Part shown: positions 19,185 through 27,469 of the stretch, in pieces | Position numbering within the stretch: position 1 is the stretch's first letter | Layout of the letters: every line of letters starts with the position of its first letter | Source: Bacillota bacterium | Lineage (GTDB): Bacteria; Bacillota_I; Bacilli_A; RF39; UBA660 | DNA: 64,000 nucleotides | Assembly (NCBI GenBank): GCA_015059285.1 | Contig: SVAS01000002.1 | Coordinates: forward strand, 2,572 to 66,571 | Direction of reading: 5' to 3' | Position numbers and translations under genes: made by a program | Notes under the pieces: generated by a model | Databases searched by the model: none | Told to the model about the DNA's origin: nothing | The model's input: only the letters and a program-made list of their open reading frames with translations

Positions 19185-20089
19185 TTATCTGGAAATCCAA
19201 TTCTATTTAAAATTCTATTTAATGGCACAACATCTACAATTCCATCTAAATGATCTACTTCATAACTAACTTCTCCTATTAAGTCATGGAATTCTTCTTC
19301 ACTTATCATTTGCTTTAACATGATAATAAGTGCGAATAAATCATTTTTACCAAAGATATATTCACCATCTGTCTTATCAATATCTAACATACGATGATAC
19401 TTATTATCTGGTATTTGTCTTTGCGTTCTATAATCGTATAAAATATCTTCATGAGCACATATATTTCTATAGTTTGCTAGTAAAGATATATATATTCCAA
19501 GTGTTTCCGCATCCATCTTATATAATTCAGCAATAAACATCCTATCATCTGATTTTAGTATGCTATAAAGTTCTGAAATAATTCCTAAAGATAAAACTTT
19601 TACTAAAATCCACATTGGAATATAACCATAATTATCAATATAATGCATTGTCGCAGTATGTTTACGACCATTCACTCTAATTTGCCTTTTCATCTTATTT
19701 AAAACATCTTTGACTTGACGAGTTTTAATAGCATCTTGAGTAAAATTTTTAGGATCTAAATAATCTTTTTCTTTATAACCATATTTTCTTGATAATTCAT
19801 AACTAATAATAGATTTTAAATTATTTTCTACTACTAATATATACTTAAACATAATATTTCTAACTTTGCGATCAAATAAAAACATACCATATAATTCTTC
19901 AAAAGTGGTTCCCTTAATAAAAGTATTGTCTTTATCTGAGCGCATAAAAAGATGACGATATCCACTAACAAAGAAGTAGTTTTCTCTAATAAGAACTTCT
20001 TTTGCTTTTCTAATATCGTTTATCATTAACCCCTTAGATGATAGAATTTCAATTTGTTCGTCTAACGTTTTAAATATCTTACTTTTCAT
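19157..20089 (-). CDS. Abi_2 (AbiD/AbiF-like) abortive infection family protein
   Basis: N-terminus MKSKIFKTLDEQIEILSSKGLMI...YFFVSGYRHLF matches Abi_2 family conserved start. 310 aa. Confidence 0.6.
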   Translation of the reverse strand: MKSKIFKTLDEQIEILSSKGLMINDIRKAKEVLIRENYFFVSGYRHLFMRSDKDNTFIKGTTFEELYGMFLFDRKVRNIMFKYILVVENNLKSIISYELSRKYGYKEKDYLDPKNFTQDAIKTRQVKDVLNKMKRQIRVNGRKHTATMHYIDNYGYIPMWILVKVLSLGIISELYSILKSDDRMFIAELYKMDAETLGIYISLLANYRNICAHEDILYDYRTQRQIPDNKYHRMLDIDKTDGEYIFGKNDLFALIIMLKQMISEEEFHDLIGEVSYEVDHLDGIVDVVPLNRILNRIGFPDNWHDIVDLA

Positions 20090-20162
20090 CTTACCACCTA
20101 TTATTAATTATATCATATTAACCCTAAAATAAATATGTTTTTTTAGGTAATATTATAATAAA

Positions 20163-20825
20163 CTAATTATCATAAAAGTAATTTGTCGTTGCTTCTAAAA
20201 TGATATTTGCGACTTTTTGCTGATAAGAATTTTGTTTCAACAAATATCTTTCATTAGGATTAGAAATAAAACCAACTTCTATTAAAATACCAGGTCTTTC
20301 TACCCTTTTACTCAAATACAATGTTTGTTTTTTCTTATATTCTCTTTTAGTAGAAAGATGCTTTTTAAATGTTTCTTGAAATATTTTAGCAATTTCTTCA
20401 TTCTCATTGTTTGTATCACTATAAAACATCTGCGCACCTTTCCAAGTACTTGAGGTTTCTGCATTTAAGTGAATAGATAAATATAAATCACAATTAGAAC
20501 GATTAATGATATTTCCTCTTCTTGATAAATCACTTCTTTTTCTATTAATTGTATTTGGAACAGCTAAATCATAATCACCATATCTAGTTAAATAAACAAT
20601 TGCTCCATTCTGTTCTAATACTTGCTGTGTTTTTTTAGCAATCTCCAAATTAATATCTGATTCCTTTAAATCCTTATAAATAGCTCCCGGATCAACACCA
20701 CCATGACCAGGATCTAAATATATTACCTTTCCTAATAATATTATATCATTTGTTTTAGCATCTACAAAACTAACTATACTTATACTTACAAGAAACATAA
20801 TCAAAATAAATAATCTATGTTTCAT
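20163..20825 (-). CDS. cwlD: N-acetylmuramoyl-L-alanine amidase, Amidase_3 with N-terminal signal/anchor (CwlD-like germination-specific amidase)
   Basis: Signal peptide then IYLDPGHGGVDPGA...ESDINLEIAKK...IVYLTRYGD...SIHLNA...GILIEVGFISNPNE. Size and architecture are like CwlD. Confidence 0.7.
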   Translation of the reverse strand: MKHRLFILIMFLVSISIVSFVDAKTNDIILLGKVIYLDPGHGGVDPGAIYKDLKESDINLEIAKKTQQVLEQNGAIVYLTRYGDYDLAVPNTINRKRSDLSRRGNIINRSNCDLYLSIHLNAETSSTWKGAQMFYSDTNNENEEIAKIFQETFKKHLSTKREYKKKQTLYLSKRVERPGILIEVGFISNPNERYLLKQNSYQQKVANIILEATTNYFYDN

Positions 20826-20928
20826 ATCATCACCTATTTAAATATATGAATAATTTAAATATCTTTTTCATTTATTTTCATATTCATAATCTAAAAGATT
20901 ACCTTTAGTTATTACTAGTTCCTTCATC

Positions 20929-21349
20929 TTATCCTTTTATACGATATGTATCAATTGTTCTTTGTACTGCTAGTGATGGATCAAACACTTCATCAATTCT
21001 TTCTTTTCCTAATCTAGCAAGCCATAATTTTATTGGTTCCGCATTCTTACTAGGTATAGCCTCTATTATTCTAAACATTCCTTCTATATCAACTACATCT
21101 GTTAATCTATATTTACCATCCTGAGATTTCAATTTCAATTAGTCACAATTTGTGACCAGTTCATTTACTTCTTTTTGAAAGTCTTGATTTCAACACATTC
21201 CAATAATGTCTAGCATCTTTACTTTCAGTTAAAGCTCCAACAATATCAACAACACTAATATAATATTTATCTTCATTCTTATCCCATATAGTTCTTATGG
21301 TTTTATTATGAAACAATTTATTTATTAAGTGCTTATTTTCTTCTTTCAT
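20929..21349 (-). pseudogene. Disrupted gene (two adjacent same-strand ORFs, 62 + 69 aa) resembling a Bro-N/DinD-like DNA-damage-inducible protein
   Basis: ORF 21161..21349 (IRTIWDKNEDKYYISVVDIVGALTES) and ORF 20929..21138 (...EPIKLWLARLGKERIDE...) are separated by 22 bp. Together they resemble an N- and C-terminal half of one protein, consistent with a frameshift or stop disruption. Family assignment is weak. Confidence 0.3.
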
Positions 21350-21410
21350 ATAATCACCTTCCTACTTATATTATTCGACGTAAGGAAAGCTTTTTCCTTT
21401 TTTATTTGTT

Positions 21411-21452
21411 TAAAAAAACAAAAAACTAATTCAAAAAATTGAATTAGTTTTT
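21411..21452. terminator. Bidirectional rho-independent terminator downstream of DGR target gene
   Basis: A-run, 9-bp stem CTAATTCAA/TTGAATTAG with loop AAAA, then T-run. Confidence 0.45.
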
Positions 21453-21631
21453 ATCTCAAATAATTCTAAGTAGCAAGATTGGCGAAATAAATTTCGCTAT
21501 CTAGCTACTATAGGACAAGACAAGCTTGCCCTCAACAAGAAATCAAAGATTTCTTACATACGTGCTCTTATTATCATTCTTTTCAAAACCTTATTTCTAA
21601 CTTCGTATTACATTACTACAAATACTTAAGT

Positions 21632-22693
21632 CTAGATGACAGATTTTGAGATTTCGATAACTGGGCGCACACCGTAGTAGAAACCATCGTTGACGTTGAA
21701 GTAGTCAACGTAACCGTCGTAGCCCACGTACCAAGCGCTGCCCGCATAGTCCGCATAAGCAGAGCTTAGCCAGAAGCCATATGGTGGGTTGGATAAATTT
21801 CCATACAACCATGCTGGACATCCAACGTCATATTCTACACATCCTAACAAATCTATTGCTTCATCATGTGTTAACATTCGAGCTCTTGCATTTGTTCTTT
21901 CTATTGCGTATTGTCCTTGATCGTCTGCTAATGTATATGTTTTTGCTGGGATGTTTGTCCAACTACTTGTTTTACTTTCTAAGTAATTTAACGCTGTTAG
22001 TGGACCTTTTTCGTTTGTTGAACAATAATCTCCGGCTTCTCCACATCCATAGTCTTTTTCACTAATCCATGCTACTGTTTCTTCATCTACGTTTCTATCC
22101 ATGATTAATGTTAATGTCCCTGTTGTAGCATCGTCTTTTACTACGTAGAATGTCTTCGCGTCTTCTTTATCGTTTACTTTAACTTGTACTGCTATTCCTG
22201 CTTTTATCGCATCTTCACTACATGTTTCGTTTGCATTTGTGATACATGTTGCTGTTGATGTAATTATTGGGTTTGCTGCTTTTTTATATTCACAGCTTCC
22301 TTCATATTTTGTTGTTGTGATTGCACTTTCGCTTGTTGCTTTTGTTACACAATGTGCTCCATTATTTACAGCAATAGCAACTTTTCCATCTTTTGTTACT
22401 GTTATTTTTCCATTTGTTGGAAGTGCCCCCTTAACTTCTAGTTTGTTTTCTCCAACAAATTCTCCGTTTGTTATTGTAAACTCTACATCTGAAGCCATTC
22501 CATTTTCTAATAGTGAACTTGCATAATACATCTCTCCTGCATCAATAAGTCCATATGCAGTATCTTCAAATGCACTTTCTCTTGCACTACTGATAATGTT
22601 CATTATTACTGGTACTGCAATAAGCGCTATAATTGCTAGTATCACTATTACTGCTAGTAACTCGATCAATGTAAACCCTTTATCTTTTCTCAT
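21632..22693 (-). CDS. DGR target protein: type IV pilin-like (class III signal peptide MRKDKG|FTLIELLAVIVIL, Glu+5) N-terminus with C-terminal C-type-lectin-fold variable domain
   Basis: Canonical prepilin cleavage and methylation motif. C-terminal ...AWLYGNLSNPPYGFWLSSAYADYAGSAWYVGYDGYVDYFNVNDGFYYGVRPVI carries the VR. Start moved to the ATG at 22693, 5 nt after GGTGGTGA (track used an upstream GTG). Confidence 0.8.
   Translation of the reverse strand: MRKDKGFTLIELLAVIVILAIIALIAVPVIMNIISSARESAFEDTAYGLIDAGEMYYASSLLENGMASDVEFTITNGEFVGENKLEVKGALPTNGKITVTKDGKVAIAVNNGAHCVTKATSESAITTTKYEGSCEYKKAANPIITSTATCITNANETCSEDAIKAGIAVQVKVNDKEDAKTFYVVKDDATTGTLTLIMDRNVDEETVAWISEKDYGCGEAGDYCSTNEKGPLTALNYLESKTSSWTNIPAKTYTLADDQGQYAIERTNARARMLTHDEAIDLLGCVEYDVGCPAWLYGNLSNPPYGFWLSSAYADYAGSAWYVGYDGYVDYFNVNDGFYYGVRPVIEISKSVI
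21661..21765 (-). repeat. DGR variable region (VR) at 3' end of target gene
   Basis: 105-bp region about 80% identical to TR 23054..23158. 19 of 21 differences fall at TR adenine positions (AAC/AAT codons in TR vs TAC/GGC/TTC/GAC/AGC/GAT etc. in VR). The 3' boundary is a GC-rich CTGGGCGCACACCG block (IMH-like) in a 27% GC context. Confidence 0.8.
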
Positions 22694-23053
22694 ATCTATC
22701 ACCACCTATCGTTTCATTCTATTATCAGTTTAGCAGTTTTTTATTATTTTCTTTTGTTGTATTACTATTTGTTTTATACTTTTTTCTTTTTTCGACTTTT
22801 TTCTCTCTCTTTTTTACTGCTACTCTGACTTTATTTATTATACATTTTTATCTATCTTCAATTTGTTTTATAACATAAATATTTCAACAAAAAAATCGTA
22901 GTGAACAGACTACTTCATTTTCAATTTCTTTACTAGTGAATTCATCATCTACGATATAGTATTCCTTAAAGTTACCTTTAAGAGGAAAAACACTTGTTTT
23001 CTTTAGCTTTTATTTACTAACCTTAGTCCAGTAAAACGTAGTTTTAAAGAAAT

Positions 23054-23158
23054 CTGGGCGCACACCGTAGTTGTTGTCATTGTTGACGTTGTTGTTGTTA
23101 ACGTTACCGTCGTTGTTCACGTTCCAAGCGTTGTTAGCATTGTCCGCATTAGCAGAGC
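23054..23158 (-). repeat. DGR template region (TR), AAC-rich (13 AAC + 3 AAT codons)
   Basis: Lies in the non-coding gap between the RT gene and the target. On the coding (minus) strand it reads ...AAT GCG GAC AAT GCT AAC AAC GCT TGG AAC GTG AAC AAC GAC GGT AAC GTT AAC AAC AAC AAC GTC AAC AAT GAC AAC AAC TAC GGT GTG CGC CCA G. Confidence 0.8.
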
Positions 23159-23240
23159 AACAATAAACAAAAACCCGAGTAAATACATTACAGCATTTTC
23201 CCTATAATATATAACTAATATAGTTATATATGAAGTTATA

Positions 23241-24443
23241 TTAAGTTTTATACATTATTTTTTTATCTATTATCATAACTTCTGAACCAATAAGGTCATA
23301 TTTTTTTTCATATTTATTTAAAGTATTAGCGACTAGTTTTTTAGTATGCCCATAACTTAAATGTCCCAAATAACTACCCTTGACTTGTAGAAATTTTTCA
23401 TATGGAATAACATTTTGTTCAACTAAACTATTTAACTTTTTAATTTTTCTTTTAAATCTTTTTTTTGTTTGATTTTTTACTTTCATAATCACTTTATTGT
23501 TTTTTATCATATATTTAAAACCTAAGAATTCAAAAGGTTCTTTATGATTATAAATGCGTGTTTTTTTGTTTAACTCTAGTTTATATTTATCAAGTATTTT
23601 TTCTATTTCTTGTAAACAATATTCTAAATATTTTTTATCTTCATGAATTAAAATTCCATCATCCATATATCTTATATAATACTTAATTTTTAATTTTTCT
23701 TTTATATAGTGATCTAATTCATTTAAATATGTAATTGCGAAAACTTGACTAGACATATTTCCTATTGGAAGCCCTTTCCCTTTTTTGTATTCAGGAAGGC
23801 TATTTATTTCTTCAATTAGTTTTTCTTTATCCTGGGCCTTACTATTTAAAATTTTATTGATTTCATGCTGTTTTACTTTTTGTATAGTCTTATTAACATA
23901 TTCTTCATTAGTACTATCAATTATTAAATCAAATATGTTAATTACTTCCTTATCTTTGATTTTTGTTCTAACAAGTTTTTTTATAATATCATGATCTAAA
24001 TTAAAAAAATATTTAGAAATATCAAATTTTAAAACATAAAAAGGTTTGTTTTTTACTTCATTTAAATATTTTTTTAAAAGTTGTATTCCATAATGCGTTC
24101 CTTTTCCTTTTCTGGTTGCTATATTTTGATCAATTAATGATTTATCAAAAACATTTATCATAAAATATTCACTTACAACATGATTAATAATTTTATCAAT
24201 AATATTTTGTGACATTATTAATCTAAGTTTTGGTTCTTTTATTAAAAATACATTATATCTGCCTGGTACATACTCTCTACGTTCTAGAAGCGTTTTAATA
24301 TAAATCATATTAGATACATAATAATTATCAAATTTTTCTAATTTCTTTTTATTTTTAGTATTAATTCTAACTCTATGGTCATATACTTTTTGAATTTTTT
24401 GGATATCAATTATCTGATTGTATAGATTGTTTTTCCTTTTCAT
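23241..24443 (-). CDS. DGR reverse transcriptase
   Basis: 400 aa. RT motifs including LPIGNMSSQ (the DGR-specific I/LGxxxSQ motif 4) and IRYMDDGIL (YxDD). Adjacent to the TR. Confidence 0.9.
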   Translation of the reverse strand: MKRKNNLYNQIIDIQKIQKVYDHRVRINTKNKKKLEKFDNYYVSNMIYIKTLLERREYVPGRYNVFLIKEPKLRLIMSQNIIDKIINHVVSEYFMINVFDKSLIDQNIATRKGKGTHYGIQLLKKYLNEVKNKPFYVLKFDISKYFFNLDHDIIKKLVRTKIKDKEVINIFDLIIDSTNEEYVNKTIQKVKQHEINKILNSKAQDKEKLIEEINSLPEYKKGKGLPIGNMSSQVFAITYLNELDHYIKEKLKIKYYIRYMDDGILIHEDKKYLEYCLQEIEKILDKYKLELNKKTRIYNHKEPFEFLGFKYMIKNNKVIMKVKNQTKKRFKRKIKKLNSLVEQNVIPYEKFLQVKGSYLGHLSYGHTKKLVANTLNKYEKKYDLIGSEVMIIDKKIMYKT

Positions 24444-24762
24444 TTTTCATCCAAGTATTTGTCATTTTATTAATTTCTAATAAATGTCTTCCTACTACTT
24501 CATACTTTTTAAAACTTATTAATTTCTTATCTAAACTTACTTTTATATAATAATTGATCATGCGTATTCTAACTATTAAATCTTTCATATATTTATCATT
24601 TTTATGGACATTTGCTTTATAAACTAATTCCAATAAATCATAACAACTATCCATAATTTTGTTTTTTAATATTACTTCTGTATGTGGATAATTACAAATA
24701 GCCTTTTCAATATATTCAATAGTCTTTTTTATTCGTGTTGCAATTAATAATTTATCTTGCAC
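24406..24762 (-). CDS. avd: Accessory variability determinant (Avd-like four-helix-bundle protein)
   Basis: 118-aa basic helical protein. It overlaps the RT start by 38 nt. Its position and size match Avd. Sequence similarity to Avd was not verified. Confidence 0.55.
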   Translation of the reverse strand: MQDKLLIATRIKKTIEYIEKAICNYPHTEVILKNKIMDSCYDLLELVYKANVHKNDKYMKDLIVRIRMINYYIKVSLDKKLISFKKYEVVGRHLLEINKMTNTWMKNEKEKQSIQSDN

Positions 24763-25169
24763 AAAAGTTCCTCAATTTCATTTAAGACTGTTTTTAAATT
24801 AGAATTACCTAAATTAGCTTTTAACACTTCATATATTTTATTAATCCTATTTACAAAAATATCATAGTTATCTAATCTAAAACTATATTTACTATAAGAG
24901 TTATTCTTATATTTATATTTCTGTATATTATCATCATTAACAATCAGATAATTTATATGTTTGTTTTCTAATGCTTTTTCAATTTTTGAAAGACTTGTAA
25001 TAGGAAAACCAACTTTAATTAAGTTGGTTGTTTCTTTTATTTTATAATTAAATAATCTATTCATAACAATAGCATCATCATTTAAAGATAAATAGAAGCT
25101 CCCACATTTGATAAGAATTATGTAATCCTTATAAATTTCTTTATAAGTATTGTATTTTTCTTTTAACAC
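24744..25169 (-). CDS. Standalone MutS domain I (mismatch-binding domain)-like protein, first gene of the DGR operon
   Basis: YKEIYKDYIILIKCGSFYLSLNDDAIVMNRLFNYKI...KVGFPITSLSKIEKALENKHINYLIVND aligns with the MutS N-terminus (Y..iK..yPd.lLffr.GdFYElf.dDA...s.lL.i.Lt...PmaGvP.ha...Yl.kLv..G..VaIceQ). The Glu of the Phe-x-Glu motif is replaced (FYL). 19-nt overlap with the avd start. Confidence 0.5.
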   Translation of the reverse strand: MLKEKYNTYKEIYKDYIILIKCGSFYLSLNDDAIVMNRLFNYKIKETTNLIKVGFPITSLSKIEKALENKHINYLIVNDDNIQKYKYKNNSYSKYSFRLDNYDIFVNRINKIYEVLKANLGNSNLKTVLNEIEELLCKINY

Positions 25170-25302
25170 TATATAACCTCCAACTTAAAATAAAACATAC
25201 AACATACTACTTAATCTAAAATGCTTACTTCTATCACCTTCCTACTCTTTATATATATTATCACAAAAGTTCACTAATTGCTACCGTTTTAACAAATATT
25301 TG

Positions 25303-25340
25303 TACAAAAAAACGATTTGATTTTTATTTCAAATCGTTTT
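25303..25340 (-). terminator. Rho-independent terminator after the 25339..25857 gene
   Basis: Stem AACGATTTGA/TCAAATCGTT with a 9-nt loop, followed by a T-run on the minus strand. Confidence 0.55.
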
Positions 25341-25857
25341 AAGGAGTAGTACATTTGCTTCCATCACTTATCATACAATCAACGCAGTTTAATAAAGTCG
25401 GACTTTCATCAGGGGCCACTATACCAACTACAAATTGAACAACAGTAACAACTAGAAAAACAACAGCACCAGCAATCAATCTTTTAATAAATTTACCTTT
25501 GGCATCCGCCATTTTCTTTTCATCACTTGCGATAGTTGCTTGTAACATGTCTATCATACCCATAACTATTAAAACAAGAGGGACTGCAATTTTTATTAAT
25601 GTCACAATCGATCTAGTGATAACTGGCAATTGACTTGGAATGTTAGAATTACCACATTTTACAAGATCATTCGGATCTAAACAACCCCAAAATTCATCCT
25701 CTATATAAGAACTATTTGCACAAGCCAGTGTTGAAATAGAGTTCAATTGCATTTGCTTGTGCTGATTTAAATCAACTTCTTTTGCTGAAACACTTTCCAC
25801 AAATAATATAGTTAACATCAATGTCATTATCATAAATATCTTTTTCATACTTTTCAC
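25339..25857 (-). CDS. Secreted/membrane protein with signal peptide, Cys-rich N-terminal domain and C-terminal TM helices; unknown function
   Basis: Signal peptide MKSMKKIFMIMTLMLTILFVESVSA. 9 Cys. Two C-terminal hydrophobic helices. Confidence 0.4.
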   Translation of the reverse strand: MKSMKKIFMIMTLMLTILFVESVSAKEVDLNQHKQMQLNSISTLACANSSYIEDEFWGCLDPNDLVKCGNSNIPSQLPVITRSIVTLIKIAVPLVLIVMGMIDMLQATIASDEKKMADAKGKFIKRLIAGAVVFLVVTVVQFVVGIVAPDESPTLLNCVDCMISDGSKCTTP

Positions 25858-25904
25858 CTATTAAAATTATATCACATTTATATTTATTTTAAAATAAAGT
25901 TTTA

Positions 25905-26555
25905 TTATTTAAATATAGTAAATGGATACCTATTAGGAATTTTTATTTCAAAAGTAAGTTTTTCATTAGTAATAGGATGATAAAATGCTAATTTTGTTGC
26001 ATATAAAGCAATTTGTACTTTTTTAGCATTTTTATTATATCTTTGATCTCCATATAAAGGATATCCTCTAGAAGAAAACTGTACCCTAATCTGATGTGAT
26101 CTTCCAGTAATTAAGTTTACTTTTACCAGTGATAAATTATTTTTTGAAGATACTAATTCATATTCTAAAACCGCTTCTTTACCATTTTTATCTACTTTAG
26201 TGGTATTAGTTTTAGAATTCTTTAATAATTTATCTTTTAAAATTCCTTTTTCTTGCACTATATTACCTTCTAAAACCGCAAAGTATTCTTTTTCAAACAC
26301 TTGATTTCTTATTTGTTTACTTAATCTAGACGATGCTTTACATGTTTTAGCAAATACCATCACTCCACCAACAGGTCTATCCAAGCGATGAACTAAACCT
26401 AAATACACATTACCTGGTTTTTGATACTTTTCTTTTAAATACTTTTTTAAAATTGATAATAAATCTTCATCATTACTATCATCTAGTTGAACTGGAATAT
26501 TAGGTTTCTTTTCTACTACTAACAAATGATTATCTTCATATAAAATATTAATCAT
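25905..26555 (-). CDS. RluA-family pseudouridine synthase
   Basis: HRLDRPVGGVMVFAKT catalytic Asp motif. Start placed at MINILYEDNHLLVV, the typical RluA N-terminus. Confidence 0.75.
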   Translation of the reverse strand: MINILYEDNHLLVVEKKPNIPVQLDDSNDEDLLSILKKYLKEKYQKPGNVYLGLVHRLDRPVGGVMVFAKTCKASSRLSKQIRNQVFEKEYFAVLEGNIVQEKGILKDKLLKNSKTNTTKVDKNGKEAVLEYELVSSKNNLSLVKVNLITGRSHQIRVQFSSRGYPLYGDQRYNKNAKKVQIALYATKLAFYHPITNEKLTFEIKIPNRYPFTIFK

Positions 26556-27420
26556 TAGCTTCCCATCTTCCATAGATACCACATGGTAAAACTAAATTAT
26601 TATCCGTAATTGGAAGTCCAATTTCACCAGCCTCAATAAGTCCTGCATATTTAGGCTCTAGTGTTGTTTTTAATATATTTAATAAAACAGTACTAGATAT
26701 ACCTGTAGTATAAGCATTAATTAAGAAAAACAATGGTTTATCACTTAAAATTTTAAGACAAGCATTAATTAAATTATATAAATTATGTTCAAATTTCCAA
26801 ACTTCACCATTTGGTCCACGTCCATAACTTGGAGGATCCATAATAATAACATCATATTTATTTCCTCTTCTTGCTTCTCTTTCTACAAATTTTAAGCAAT
26901 CATCAACAATAAATCTAATTTTATTATTTTCAAGACCACAAAGACGCATATTCTCTTTAGCCCATTCAGTCATTCCTTTAGATGCATCTACATGCACTAC
27001 TTCAATTGCTCCTGCTTTAGATGCTGCCATTGTAGCCCCACCAGTATATGCAAATAAATTTAAAACTTTAATTGGTCTATTAGCATTTTTTATTTTATTC
27101 ATAGAAAAATCCCAATTAGCGGCTTGTTCGGGAAATAATCCAGTATGTTTAAAATTTGTTGGACTTACTTTAAAAGTTAAGTCTTTATATTTTATAGTCC
27201 AAAACTCTGGTAATTTAGTTTTAAAATCCCAATAACCTCCACCTTTAATAGAACGATGATAAAAGCCATCGGGATTTTTCCAAAGTTCATTATATTCAAT
27301 AGGCCACATAGCTTGTGGGTCTGGTCTTCTAAAAACTACATTTCCCCAGCGTTCTAATTTTTCACCATTACCTGCGGATATACACTCATATTCTTGCCAT
27401 TCATTACTTATTTTTATCAT
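26548..27420 (-). CDS. Class I SAM-dependent (rRNA large-subunit-type) methyltransferase
   Basis: LNLFAYTGGATMAASKAGAIEVVHVDAS SAM-binding motif and IIMDPPSYGRG. Resembles the RlmI/YwbD catalytic domain without PUA. Confidence 0.7.
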   Translation of the reverse strand: MIKISNEWQEYECISAGNGEKLERWGNVVFRRPDPQAMWPIEYNELWKNPDGFYHRSIKGGGYWDFKTKLPEFWTIKYKDLTFKVSPTNFKHTGLFPEQAANWDFSMNKIKNANRPIKVLNLFAYTGGATMAASKAGAIEVVHVDASKGMTEWAKENMRLCGLENNKIRFIVDDCLKFVEREARRGNKYDVIIMDPPSYGRGPNGEVWKFEHNLYNLINACLKILSDKPLFFLINAYTTGISSTVLLNILKTTLEPKYAGLIEAGEIGLPITDNNLVLPCGIYGRWEAND

Positions 27421-27469
27421 ATAATCACATCCAAATTTATTATATCAAAAAAACATAGTTTTAACTACG

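Noticed and set aside
21384-21397. GGAAAGC-TTTTTCC hairpin as a plus-strand terminator
   Set aside because: No plus-strand gene upstream. The stronger bidirectional terminator at 21411..21452 explains termination of the convergent minus-strand genes.
21476-21560. Palindromic segments (GCGAAATAAATTTCGC, CAAGCTTG) downstream of the VR as the DGR target-recognition hairpin
   Set aside because: They lie over 100 bp beyond the VR and past a terminator. Short palindromes are common in AT-rich DNA, and no GC-rich stem follows the IMH-like block directly.
23054-23158. GTT/AAC triplet-rich stretch as a CRISPR array or simple microsatellite
   Set aside because: There is no repeat-spacer periodicity. 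It matches a second copy inside a coding region with adenine-specific differences, which is a DGR TR.
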